Position numbers and translations under genes: made by a program. Of a stretch of DNA of 64,000 nt, positions 12,217 to 24,329 are shown one piece after another (positions within the stretch are counted from its first letter, which is position 1; every line of letters begins with the position of its first letter). Source of the stretch: Trichosphaerium sp. ATCC 40318. Its lineage: Eukaryota > Protista > Tubulinea. The stretch spans positions 38,769 through 102,768 of the forward strand of contig JALMLS010000048.1 in the NCBI GenBank assembly GCA_038496445.1. The letters run 5' to 3'. Under the pieces are notes generated by a model. It saw nothing but the letters and a program-made list of their open reading frames with translations, was not told the DNA's origin and did not search any database.

Positions 12217-14529
12217 TTATTCGCCGTGTATGCTTTTTTTGTGGGTTTTTGATTCCTTTCCAGAAGGTGATATTACCTCAATCTTCATGGCATTAGAGGA
12301 ACGCATTCTTGCAAGTTGTACAAGTTGAGCTCTATCTTTAGGCTGAATAGGCTTTGAAGCACCTGAAAACAAAGTTTTAAAAGGTATAAAGTTATATCTG
12401 TTTACCTCGCATCCATCTTCCTCTTGCTTGATGTGAGCGCGATCTTGCTCTCGTTTGAGAAGGTGCCGATAAACCTTGTCGACTTTTACTTGATTTAGAT
12501 CTACTACTTGGAGAAATAGCCCTTGGGCTTGAACCAGAAAACCCACTCTTCAAAGAGTAAATTAGTAGGGGTACATAAAACTAAAAGCTAGTTCCTACTT
12601 TTTTCTTGCGAGGGCGTCGCTCCAATTCTTGTATAATAGGAACTGGTGTTGATATTGCAAGCGTCAACCTATTATTTTCAGGAGCCTGAATAAAGTGTTG
12701 GTATCAAAGACAGGAGTTTAAATAAGGTACCGGTGAGATTTGAATTGTTCTCTTTCTTGGTATGTTAGATAAAGTTCCTTCGCCGATATCGTTCGTCTTG
12801 ATGTACCACAGGAGTAACACAGACAAGAACTGAACGCTTTTCTACAACATGACAATGTAAGGGAGGAATAGAGTAAGGCCAAGACGTACTTGAGATAGAA
12901 CTAAGCCAACCATTGGATCAGCCTATAAGCCATTAGTAAGTGTATGTTTCGTTCTTTAGTCCTACCTCTTTACTACGCCACAAGTTTGGTGCTACACAAA
13001 TAGCTAGATTTTGAGGAGTCATCATATTAACTCCGTGATGCAACGCAGTCATCGCAAGCCTGTAAAAATCATCAAAATTATCAAATTATGCAAAATAGAT
13101 TACAAGTCCAAAAGCCAGAATAAGATTGAGCGTTCTTGTTCTGGTAAGGTTTCAACGATTGCTGTAGCTGCTTTTTCATCGAGTTCTTTCATAAGCTCGG
13201 AAGCAGGAATAGGAGAAAAAAGAGGTTGAGGCATCTCTCTGAACCACAGCTATTGAAACAAAATTATTAAGACCACGTGATAACAAAACAAAAAAATTGA
13301 AAAGTTTTTCGCCCTGGCCTGTCTAGTAAAAGCAGTACATATGCCATAATAACAATACTTGCAGTATTGAAATGGGTATGATATTTTCTTAATTGTGCTC
13401 ACCTTGATCAAAGTTGCTAAATTGTATGCGTCGCTTGTCTTTGCAAACTTTTTCTTATTCATAGCTTGCTTTAGCTGCTGACAAACGCCAATATCTCCAT
13501 TGATACGAAATATACCCTCCTTTTTCAGACCGTTACATTTAATTAACTCGTCCTTTAAAAGCTCGAGAATGAGCGGTACTTCGCGACCTAACAGCGGAAG
13601 GCAATAAAGAATTGTTGTACAACAAAAAAAAATAGAGCTCATCAGTACCTTGCCACTCAACTTTCTCTAGCGTGTCAACATCACTTCCAAACCTACATTT
13701 TACATAAGATACACAATAAACACCACTTTAAGTACTTACCAACCACATTCAGTGTGTCTCAAGCGAACAGGAAGAAAACATTCAACACCTAGAAACAATG
13801 ACCAAAACATGAATAAAAATTATCTATGGTGTGCCTCCTATTATGGCAGGGATACTACAATGAAATGTAATGTACTAGCTGTTGAAAGAAAAGAAAGAGT
13901 AAAGAACACAAAAAAGTACGCACGTGAGATCAAGTGGATGCTGAAGAGGTGACCGAAGCGTTATTTTTATCTTCACGCGTTTCTTTTTTCCCTTATTTTA
14001 TTTTAGGCGAAGGGTAGTACTTGGCTTTAATTTCAAGAAATCTAGCGTACCGCGCCAATAGCTCCCCTAAATTACACTTAATTATATTATATAGTATCAT
14101 ATAAGTACCCATTAGGCGTTATAGCAAATTCGAAAGCTTTTGTGATCAATGCTTTGCCATTGAACGAAAACTTCACCTAAAAAAAAAACATTATTAAAAA
14201 CACACTTTCCTGCTGTAAGATATAATTTTTGGCGCCTCTGTACCTTTCCTTTAGGTAAAAGAGATGTTATCTCAATATCTTCATTTACAACAACACAACT
14301 CTTCGTATCGAATAGCTGTTTATCTATGAGGATATCCAACTCTGTTTTATTCGTCTAGACGCGAAGAAAAAAGAAAATAAATAAACACGTGATTAAAGCT
14401 TAGAAGACGCTCTAAATGAACGCACTTGGAATAGATTAGCTTTGTTCACTACAAGTAATGAGAACATGAAGACCTAAATAAGCGTACAGGTATGTCTTCT
14501 TCCTGAAGGATTACCCTCTTTGCTAGCAT
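12217..14529 (-). CDS. RhoGAP-domain protein (resembles Dictyostelium GacA; multi-exon)
   Basis: VPLILELLKDELIKCNGLKKEGIFRING (arginine finger), LATLIKLWFREMPQPL, NMMTPQNLAICVAPNL, DPMVGLVLSQKSVQFL. The GacA resemblance is from memory, not from a search. Confidence 0.85.
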
Positions 14530-14968
14530 GTTTGCCCATTGGGGCAGGCGTGTAGGATCAACGACTTCGTGAGAAAAGTGCTTGTAAAAATGAAAACAAA
14601 AATACTACCAAAATCACTTGTCAACCGACGTCAATTGTTCGCCAGCCAGCTGTTTCAATCACCAGTGCCAAGTTTTGGAAACAAATGCCGTAAACTCACA
14701 GTTCAAGCCAAGCAAATACTCAAATAGCGTTTCAATAACAACATGTGCAAAATTTTTACAACACAAGAGCATGTAACGACGAAAAGAGCTACGGTTTTTT
14801 CAACTGTATCATCATCTTTTTAGAGCCAAAATATAGAGTTCAGGAGGAAGACGTTTACTTTAAAAAGAAAAGTACAAAATTAAGTGGTGATCGCGTCTCG
14901 TTGCCTTTAAATAGAAGTTGCACTCTTAGTTTATTTAAACCATGAGTGCAACAATTAAACGAAGAAAA

Positions 14969-15045
14969 CACTCTACAGGTGGGCGCTCTACCACTGAGCT
15001 ACGGCGGGTAAGTCCCGCCGGGTAGGAATCGAACCTCCGACCTCC
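14969..15045 (-). tRNA. Circularly permuted tRNA-Tyr(GTA)-like gene (3' half upstream of 5' half); functionality unknown
   Basis: The minus strand reads GGAGGTCGGAGGTTCGATTCCTACCCGGCGGGA-CTTA-CCCGCCGTAGCTCAGTGGTAGAGCGCCCACCTGTAGAGTG-TTTT. T arm and 3' acceptor strand come first, then 5' acceptor strand, D arm and GTA anticodon (14976-14974). 7-bp acceptor CCCGCCG/CGGCGGG, C1:G72, A73. Confidence 0.85.
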
Positions 15046-15509
15046 AAATCAGAAAGACTCGATGACATCCTTGCACAACGTCAAATTAAGTCAATACAAT
15101 TCATATTTATTCAACTCGCGCGACAACCAAATTTATTGTGGTTTTAGGATAGCTCGATTGTCATAATGGTGACTCCCTTTTACGGCGTTTTACCATTGTT
15201 TAAGCCGTTGCGGTATTGAATGGATGCTAAATGATTTAGAACGGTGTTTGTTAGCGCAAAAGGAAGTTTACAAATGTTCCTAAAAATAAACCTAAAACGT
15301 GAAAAACTGAGGGGTAACTTGGTTACAAACGTTTCTGAGATTTTTCGCAGGTGACAGTTACATGAATATTGCCACTGTCTCACAATAGTGAGTAAATGTT
15401 TTTTACGTATAGCGGTGCTTTGTAGCTTTGTTGTAGGTTTAGTACGTAAGGTACACTGCATCCTTATAAAGACAGCAGCTACATAATTTCAGCCCAACAT
15501 AAAAACAGT

Positions 15510-15660
15510 GCAAGAAAGTGTTAAAGCATTGAAAGGTGTTCATTCGCTCAGTCTCAATATCAGCAGTGACAGACGGGAGTAAAAGCTCTAAAAGGGATTC
15601 ATACGCTTAACATTGAGCATTGTAATGTTACAGACGAAGGAATCAAAGCGCTGAATAGTT
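15510..15660 (+). pseudogene. Frameshifted remnant of an LRR gene of the same family as 29694-30743
   Basis: Three frames give ESVKALKGVHSLSLN / SAVTD / GVKALKGIHTLNIEHCNVTDEGIKALNS, matching the VHTIxL...VTDEGIKALAG repeat. Confidence 0.7.
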
Positions 15661-15726
15661 CTTTTGATTTTTGTTATTTACAAAGGGATCCAACTAGACA
15701 ATCATCAATACGTTTATACTTTATAT

Positions 15727-18700
15727 TCAATTTACAACAATGTTTATATTGCCCTCCATTTCAAGTTCGTTTATCATTTCATTAGAAATAGACTTTATCT
15801 TATACTCTCTACCAACCTTATACTTAAAAATTAAAACGGCAAGTATCCTGCAAGCAACCAATACAAAAAGCAATACAACAACATCATAAACTTCAGATTG
15901 AGAATCTAAATCAAGAAAAAACAAAGAAAGTCCGCCAAGGTTTACAGTAGTATTTTGTCCTTGTTCAGCACATACTCTTTCAGCAGCTAAAGACAAAATA
16001 TAAGTATTGAGGAGATCAAAATAAGAACGAATCAAAATAAGAACGAACCAGCATAATTTGCAGATCCATATGTATCTTCGAGTTCGTGTAAGTCGTTACA
16101 ATCAAATGTCATATCACAACATATCAAGTTATTATGAAGTAATGCTCGGTAACTACAAAAAAGGAAGTAAGGCATAGGAACAGTAGTAAAGAACCAGACT
16201 TATCAGTAGAATGTAAAAATGAAAAAAAACAATGTTTATACAGCAATGTTTTTCATAATCGTACGTTATAGCTGGGATAGATGTCCAGTAGAATGGAATA
16301 AATATCGGTAAAATATGGCTGTAAACAATAAGCAAACCTCCAAAAACGGATCCCAATCCTACAAACAGTTGATGTTAGTAACAAGGAAAAACAACAATAT
16401 TACGAACCAAGAAGTAAGAAGCACAATGTGTAAACAGTTCCAATCTTATTTGTTACAAAAGAGCACAAACAAACAACTGACTGCCAAGCTGCAGCACCAA
16501 GCTATACGCAACATTTAGTACAATAGATAAAGAACTTAACATACTGTTAGAGTGAGAAGGAAGAACACTGTGTTGTAGAGTTCAGTGTTTAAATCCACCA
16601 ACCTAACACAATCAATTAAGAGCGGTTATTACGTTGCTACTATACATACCAGTATCCAATTACTGTAAGTATGAGTACTTGAATAGTAGCTAAAGGTACT
16701 TCATGAAGAAACAATGCGCTCATATAAGTTGACATTCTTATCGAGAATTTTTCAAGCTCTTTTCGCAGAATAGATCTCTCTAACAAATTATGTTAGCCTC
16801 TAAAGGCACGTATGGTTAAATACCTTCAAAATACATTGGTACAATATCTAAGTATTGTATAACCATTGAATACGTAGCAATTATAACAATATACATGATA
16901 CTCTTATATCTATGTAAAAGTGAGAACAACGCTACATAAACCTGCAATTGGGCGCCAGACAAATAAAAGTAAACCAAGAATAAGCAAATCAATACATGTT
17001 TTGGGACTTTTAGTACTAGGCCCAAGATGCTTGTTAAAATACGTACGGTCTATACCAAATGTTGCGATCTAAAAATAAAGAGTAAACACGTGATTGCACG
17101 TAATAAAGAAAGATAGCTTACCGATAAATCCTTTACCACCAAAAGCAACTCCTAATAATAACGAAGCGCAAAACACTTGAAACAACTGAGAGAACATACT
17201 TCCACGAGAAACGTATCTCAAGTACCTTAGTAGAGTGAGTACTTTAGGCACTATAAGATGGTATTCACTTCGTACCTCCTTGAGAAAAGCACTGATATTT
17301 CAGAAAGCCAAGAACAAGCATATTGAGGTGGAGAAAGCAATTCTTTTAGTTTATCGGTCTAAGCAAAGTATTAGCTAACGTGGTTTCTTGCAAAAGCAAA
17401 CTCACCTGCACTGGTAAGCTATTAATATCGTCAGCAAGTTGCTGCTTTATACTGGAGTCTTTATATGTTTGCTCGAGCCTGGCAGCTTGGAATAAAGTCA
17501 GACATTAACTTAGTATTAAAGGGATGTCGCACCTGAATTGGACCTTTCGTTGTCTTCTGTAGGATCCAATCCGACGGCATCGATGATAAAATCACCTGGA
17601 CTTTCATTGTCCTTAAGTTCACCGAAACCTTGCTCTGTAAAGTAATCTACAGCCTTACTAGGAGGACCAAAATATACAACTGTTCCATTTTGTCCGAGAA
17701 GTAAAACTGTATCAAAGATAGCAAAGCTACAAGTGGTGTTAAAAATACGAGTTTTCTTCGCTTAAAACAGCCTAAACTTTACACGTACCTATCAGGGCGA
17801 GGTGAGTGGATTGTTGTTACAATAGTACGGTTCCCTGATGTAGCAAGACTCTTTAGTAATTGAATGAACTTATGAGCAGAGTTGGCATCTAAAAGAGTAA
17901 GTTTCACTTTGAAACTGACACGAAATCTTGTGTACCTAGGCCACTTGTTGGTTCATCTAGAAGTAGCAAAGCTGGAAGCCTATTTGTTTATTAAATTACG
18001 TGATATCAATACCCATGATAGCACGTACTTGAGAAGTTCCAAGGCAGTTGAAAGACGTCTGCGTTGTCCACCACTTATACCAGGTGTATTTCTATCGCCC
18101 ACTTTAGTATTCTTAGCGCTTGTCAAACCGACTTCATTAAGAACTTGGTCAACTCGAGATACTACTTTATCTTCAGGGAGACATAAGCGAGCAGCATAGG
18201 TAAGTGTCTATCAAGCAAAACACATTAGAAATTAGGAACGACAGCAAGGAAATTATCCAAAAAACACGTACTTCTCCAACGGTAAGATCTTTAAAAAAGA
18301 TATCATTCTGTTTCACATATCCGCTCTTCTTTCTCATCACAACAGCGTAATTTTCTAATTCAAGGTCGTTACCATCAATTAACCGCCTTCCAGTCTTTTA
18401 AACAATATCGTTAGTGCTGTGAGCTTCCGCTTTAGAAAAAAATAAATAAAAATACCATGTATCCCCCTCTTGTCCTTCCACTGAGAACATTGAGTACTGT
18501 CGTCTTTCCTGAACCAGAAGGGCCTTGTATAGTTTTTCAGTAGGGTATTTAATATTAAATAACCACTCATTGGCCGTTAAGTACCCATTATAGCTGTGAA
18601 TGTTCCAGGCTTAAAAAGTGCAGATATGTCATTAACAATATTTTTACGCTTCTTTTTGAATGGATTTTGAAGACAACACATCTTCTTAAATTTGGAAGCC

Positions 18701-19176
18701 ATAGATTCTTTAATATCAACATAATAACTAAAAACAAACCCACATATCAGCATATTTGAAAAGTACATGAAAGACAAAAAAAATAGCAGGAGAATAAAAC
18801 AAGAAAAAACCAACCTTAAGTTTGAACAAGCTAATGTAATCGTTTCTACATTAGATCGTGGTATAAGCATTTCATCAACTTCATCATCCTTTACGGGATT
18901 ATAAGCATCTAGTTTCAACCTAACGCGAACTAATTAGCTTAATTGCACCAATGGTGAGCGTTCACATGTTGAACTTTTAAACCAAAAAATCCACAGCGGA
19001 AAAAGTACTTTGCCATTCCTCCGAAAATAAGAAGGATGTGGTTTTAATAAGCAAGACATAGCGTACGTTGTCATCGAAGCACGGAGAGATCTGTGTTTAA
19101 AACACATAAAGCAACTCGCTAAATTAGTCATTGCTATTACTGCCACCATAGCTATGACAGTAATATAGCTCCACAT
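15727..19176 (-). CDS. ABCG (White-like) half-transporter, NBD-TMD, with an extra N-terminal hydrophobic segment (multi-exon)
   Basis: Walker A GPSGSGKTT, signature ISGGQRRRLS, Walker B LLLLDEPTSGLDA, TIHSPR H-loop, VYFGP, SPGDFIID; C-terminal TM exons. First exon MWSYITVIAMVAVIAM... splices in frame to LKLDAYNPV. Confidence 0.9.
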
Positions 19177-19981
19177 TGTTATTGTTCGCGTTGGTTTTCC
19201 TTTTGTTACATATTTTTTTAGAGGATCAACTTGTTGCCCGTTGTTTTGTCCGTTAGGGTTTGAATTAGGCTGTCTATAGTTTCAAGCATTAGATAACCAT
19301 TTTTGTTTACGTAAAACTAAAAAGAGATTGTTGGTCGCAAAACGCACCCCATTGGGCGTCCTTGACCTCCTCTGGGCGTCTGAGACTCGCCTAAGCGTCA
19401 TTAGCGACAATCTACGAAAAAGGCCGCAAAGTGTCAACGTGGGATCGTAACACAACATCTTTCAATCGCTATAGGACGAACATAGAAGGGGAAACAGAGA
19501 ACCATAGTCCCGCAACTGTCGGGGTTGGTAAAAATTATACGTACAGGTGCTTGTGTAAAAGACCAATGTTATACATAAAACGACCATTGTCCATCGTAAA
19601 ACGCTCATCTCGAGATGAATAAGTGCGTTTCCGACGAATAAATTTTCGTTTAAACAGGAATGCACTTGACCATGTTTCGGGAGTTACGGGCTGACAATAA
19701 GACAAGTTGCGGCGCTTGAAAGTACAGGAATAGACAAATCCCTCCTACGCTCAGTTTGAGTACCTACAGCCAGAAATAAGTATTGTCAGAATAAAAACTA
19801 CAAATAACAAATAAAACAGCACATGTTACGTCACAAGAAGAGTAAACCTTCGGTTAAACGTAAGCTAGATAGGAGAGCTCTAAAAGGCACTAAAACAAGT
19901 CTAATGATAGTCTCAGAGAAACTGCCGCGTTTTTTTTTCTTGTGATTGTAGTTAATGTACAGCTGTTATTGAATCTAAGAT

Positions 19982-20982
19982 TCAAGTATCAAAATCAGTG
20001 TATGCAAGATCAGGATCAGTGAATCCGTCTTCGAAAAGTAAATAGCACAATAAACCAGTCTCATTCACTTCTTCTCGCATGTGTAATGAGTGATCACCAT
20101 AAACACTTTCAAAAACAACGGCAGCAGCTGTCCATAAATCCCAACAAGATTCTCTCATAAAACTAAATACCTCGTTTAAATCTGTTATTTGTAGTTGTCT
20201 GTTTTTGAATTCATCGACCATTCTTTGGCTCCAGGCCACCAAATTAGCCTCTCCTCCATACTTATGTACTATGCCCTGTGATATATATAGAATAAGTTGT
20301 TTGAAAGGCTCCTTGGAACGATTTGGATCCATAAAACGTAGTTTGATTTTGAAGTGTTCGAGAAGCTCCTCTTTCGTTTTGAAACAAGGTCTATACATAG
20401 AAAACAGTTTAAATGTCAAGAAGGCCGAAGTGTATTGACAAGAACCCCAATCCAAGCAAATAACTTCGTTGGAGACACCAAATAGCTTATGTATAAGCTC
20501 CTTAGCGTTACCATCGCAGCTTTCACTTAATTTCATTAGATCCTTCGTTGACATCTTTTGAGCTATTGCTTCACATGCATCGACACTTTTTGTACGCCCC
20601 ATGAGCATTGAATGCACTCCGATAAGGGCATATTGAATCAGTAGCAATGGATTGAAAAATAGACTACACCAAGAAGGTAAATTTGGTTGTTCCGCTTCTT
20701 GGAGCTTCTTTTGTTCGCGTAGAATGCCATCTGGGAAGAAATTATAAGAAAAACACAAATGTCATATTTCGCTAAAATGCCTTTAAAAGTTACGCAACGC
20801 GCACCTTTGAGCGTAAGGGCAACTTGGTTGTGTTTGTTGCCTTCCAGTAAAAATGGCTGTAGCAAAACCAAAGCTTTATCGTATGACGGACCACCTACTT
20901 CAATCAGCTGGTTAATGGTTGCCAAAGGAAACTCCAAATCGGTCCTCGTTCCGTAATCGTCGTCAACCGTGTTTTCTTCCAT
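19982..20982 (-). CDS. Hypothetical protein (two exons)
   Basis: ORF 20638-20982 (MEENTVDDDYG...VALTLK) joins ORF 19982-20758 (DGILREQKK...) through a GT-AG intron; no family recognised. Confidence 0.65.
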
Positions 20983-21127
20983 TAGGTAGTATACATTGTA
21001 ATGTACAAAGTAAGAAAATATTGCACAGCACAGAAACAGGTGGACTGAACGTCAAAAATAGTCTGGTTTTCGCTGAAAGTACAACTACCCAAAACAAACC
21101 ACAAATTGTTCATAACAGTCACGTAGC

Positions 21128-22175
21128 ATGTGGGGTACAGAACCAAAGACGCACAAACCTGTACGCGCATTCCGTTCGCCTGTCTATTAGTTCTTCACTA
21201 AACAGCCCGCAGATTTTTCCGCTGATAAAAGACAAGATAAACAAGGAGTTTGATCCAAAAAATATTACTTATGTAGAGCTGAACCATGTAAACAGGGTCT
21301 TTTTGTTATTTACGCTTACAAATTGGCGTAGATATCTAAAGGAAAGCCATGCTTTATGTTAAAAAATGTTTTAACGCCAGAGGAGTGTAAACTAATGATT
21401 AACGCCAGTGAGAGTACTGGATACCAAGACGCGCAAGAGTACTGCCATATGTACAGAGACAGGTAACGTAAATGACCCTTTGCCTGAAGAAAACCGCATT
21501 GCAAAATCACCAAAAGTTGACAAAATTTCCAGGTTGAATGACCGCACTATGAGCGACGATGATGGTTTTACAGACTTCATATACAACCGCGTTAAATCAT
21601 ACCTTCCTAAAACACTAACTATTGGTTTCAATAATACCTTGTGGGACCTAGACGACTTGAATACTAGGTTTGCTTTTTTTTGTTCAAATATTAAATATTA
21701 ATGGTTGTCCCTTAGATGGCGTTACTGTCGTTATGTCAGAGGTCATTACTTTGGAAAACACTCTGATGGAAGATACACAAAAACTATGTCCTACCAGAGG
21801 TACTACGCTACAAGAAATCACAAGAAAAAGAAAAAAAAATCAGCACGTGAACCCAATTTTTTGTTAACACTTTTTTTAGTCACCTGACTTTTATGCTTTA
21901 CCTAAACGGTCCACAAGACAAATCATTTGCAGTACGTAATTATGTTATATTCTTAAAACTTATAATTTATTCAGGGAGGTAGTACAAACTTTGTAGACCG
22001 CATGGGTAAACCAAAATACGAAATAGTACCTGAACCAGGATTGGCATTAGTTTTCTTACAAGCAGACTCTGATTTACTCCACGAAGGAGCTAAATTAAGG
22101 GATGGTACAAAGTACATTCTTCGTACCGATGTCATGTACAAATTCAGAGCACCAGACCGCAAACCTAAAAAGTAG
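21128..22175 (+). CDS. 2-oxoglutarate/Fe(II)-dependent oxygenase, prolyl 4-hydroxylase-like (multi-exon)
   Basis: NVLTPEECKLMI, RWRYCRYVRGHYFGKHSDG (HxD), LTFMLYLN, GGSTNF, PEPGLALVF, LLHEGA, KYILRTDVMY. Confidence 0.88.
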
Positions 22176-22596
22176 TTACCTAGTTTGTGATTTTTAATAA
22201 AAACTTAGTTTAAAACTGTATCAGTTTTTATAATTTAGCACAAAACACTCATGCCCGTGAGATGGTTAGCAAAGCGAGTTGTGAACAGGTTAGATATTAA
22301 ATATGATTGCATTATTGTACAAGTTTAAGGTGCCACAATGCATTCATTACGTTACAAATATCAAAAACTGACATGCTTTTGACAACTTTCAAACTCATCA
22401 TTTATTTCCTATTTGTTACCATGACATGCTTTCACTTGTAATGAACATAACTCGATTTGACGCTTTCAAAGCACAATTGTTTGGTGTCATTCTTTTTTTT
22501 CAGAATGCCTTGCCTTGAGTACGAATTCGTCGTTCGCCTTAATTGGGACAATACTCTCAAATTGAGAAGCCAATATCACGCACATAATATATTAGA

Positions 22597-23703
22597 ATGT
22601 CCATTACGGAGTACAGAGACAGAGATCTGCAAACAATTGGTAGAAAACTAACACAACTTTTCTACAAAGAATAAACAACGTTTCTAATCGTTAAGTATAG
22701 ATGAGTTTAGCGCTATGCTCAATTTACAAGCGAATGTGCTTTGGCCAAGCGAAATACAACATATTCGCAAATACGGGCTGGCTAAAGACTCAACAGTTAG
22801 AATACTAGACGTAGGCACTGGTATGGGAACAATTTGCTTCAGATTGGCAAAAGAATACCCAAATGCGTCTATTATCGGTATAGACTTGGTAATACTACAA
22901 TCCACGCGCCGAAAACCTCTAATACTAAATTAGGAGCAAAAATACGTTGATGCTTGTAACGAGCTTTTGAAGACTGCACCAGATTCAAGTAACATACAGT
23001 TCAAACTTGGAGATGGACATGGGATAGATTTTCCAGATAACCATTTTGATTTAATTCTATGCCGTGCTGTGCTACATACCCTGGATGATCCATCACCACT
23101 TGTTAAAGAGATGACACGTGTTGCTAAGAAAGGCACGTGGTTGTTGTAAAACGACATTTGTAAACAACCAATATGGCTTGTTTTGTTCTGCAAGTAGAAA
23201 TTAACATTCTGCTTAGGTGGACGTGTTCATATACTCAGCGAAGATTATGGTATGATTTACGCTCATCCATGTGAGAAAGAATGGGATGAATTCATAGCAA
23301 GAGGTAATTAAGAATTGCAAATATATTTCTGATTGCGTTCATAGTAATGGTACCACTGTATAAAGCTACTGGTGGCAATGCCAAGTATGGGCGAATGACA
23401 TATACTACACTAAAGCAAATAGATCCTAAAGCACAGATTGATATTAACTACGTTGTTGGAGATACGTGCAAGATTGACAGAGAGTACTTAGCAAAGGTAA
23501 CTAGCTCTAAAAAAAAAGTTATTAAATGCCATTGTTAGATGTTCGAAACTTGGAGAGACGGCTATGCAAAAGTCCAATCAAAACATTCTGGTGTACCTCT
23601 TGATGAAGTTAAGGCTTACTGGAACTCATTAATTTCATGCTGTAGAAATCCTGTAGGTTATGCTTGTTGGAACTGCCCTTTAGCAACAATTACAAAGCAG
23701 TAA
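22597..23703 (+). CDS. Class I SAM-dependent methyltransferase (multi-exon)
   Basis: RILDVGTGMG, IIGIDL, FPDNHFDLILCRAVLH, EMTRVAKKGGRVHILSED; stop TAA at 23701-23703. Confidence 0.88.
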
Positions 23704-24329
23704 AATTAAAACAAAATTCAAAATCAATAAAGTTAACTACTCTCGAACTTATTGTTGCCAGGCAAGTGTTGTCAAAAAAGCCGCTGCTGTAGCAAAAATT
23801 AACTCAAAAAACCAAGGGTATTCCTATCGTGGTTCTTTTTTTATCCAAAAGTGCTGGTAGGAACATTAAGAAAAAAGTTGGAAATACCTTATAGTTTTGA
23901 GTAAATTATACTTAGCCTAATAATCCAATTAGGTCGAATTCTGGAAATGGGAGCACCACATGAGCGATTAAGAATAACAAATGGAGGGCTTTCTAGTTAA
24001 CTAACACTGGACCTGCTTTGTCTCAGTATCTTAGGTCTTTAGCAAAAGATAGCCAACTAACATTAATATAAAGTGTTTGTAAAACACGATATAAATAATC
24101 GTTGTACATACAAAATACCCATTAAAGCTGCAACAAGTCATTCTAACATGCTACCAGAGGCTAAACTGTCGGTAAGTCTGAGTCATGAATAGCTCTATCA
24201 GTGTTTCTAAGGATATTTCAATACTAGTCAGCATAGTACTGCTTATTGACGTGATACAGGTAATCCTGGTTCAACACAAATATGAAAAGTCTTGTTTTAT
24301 TCTAACTACATTATTTTGTTATTGCCACT

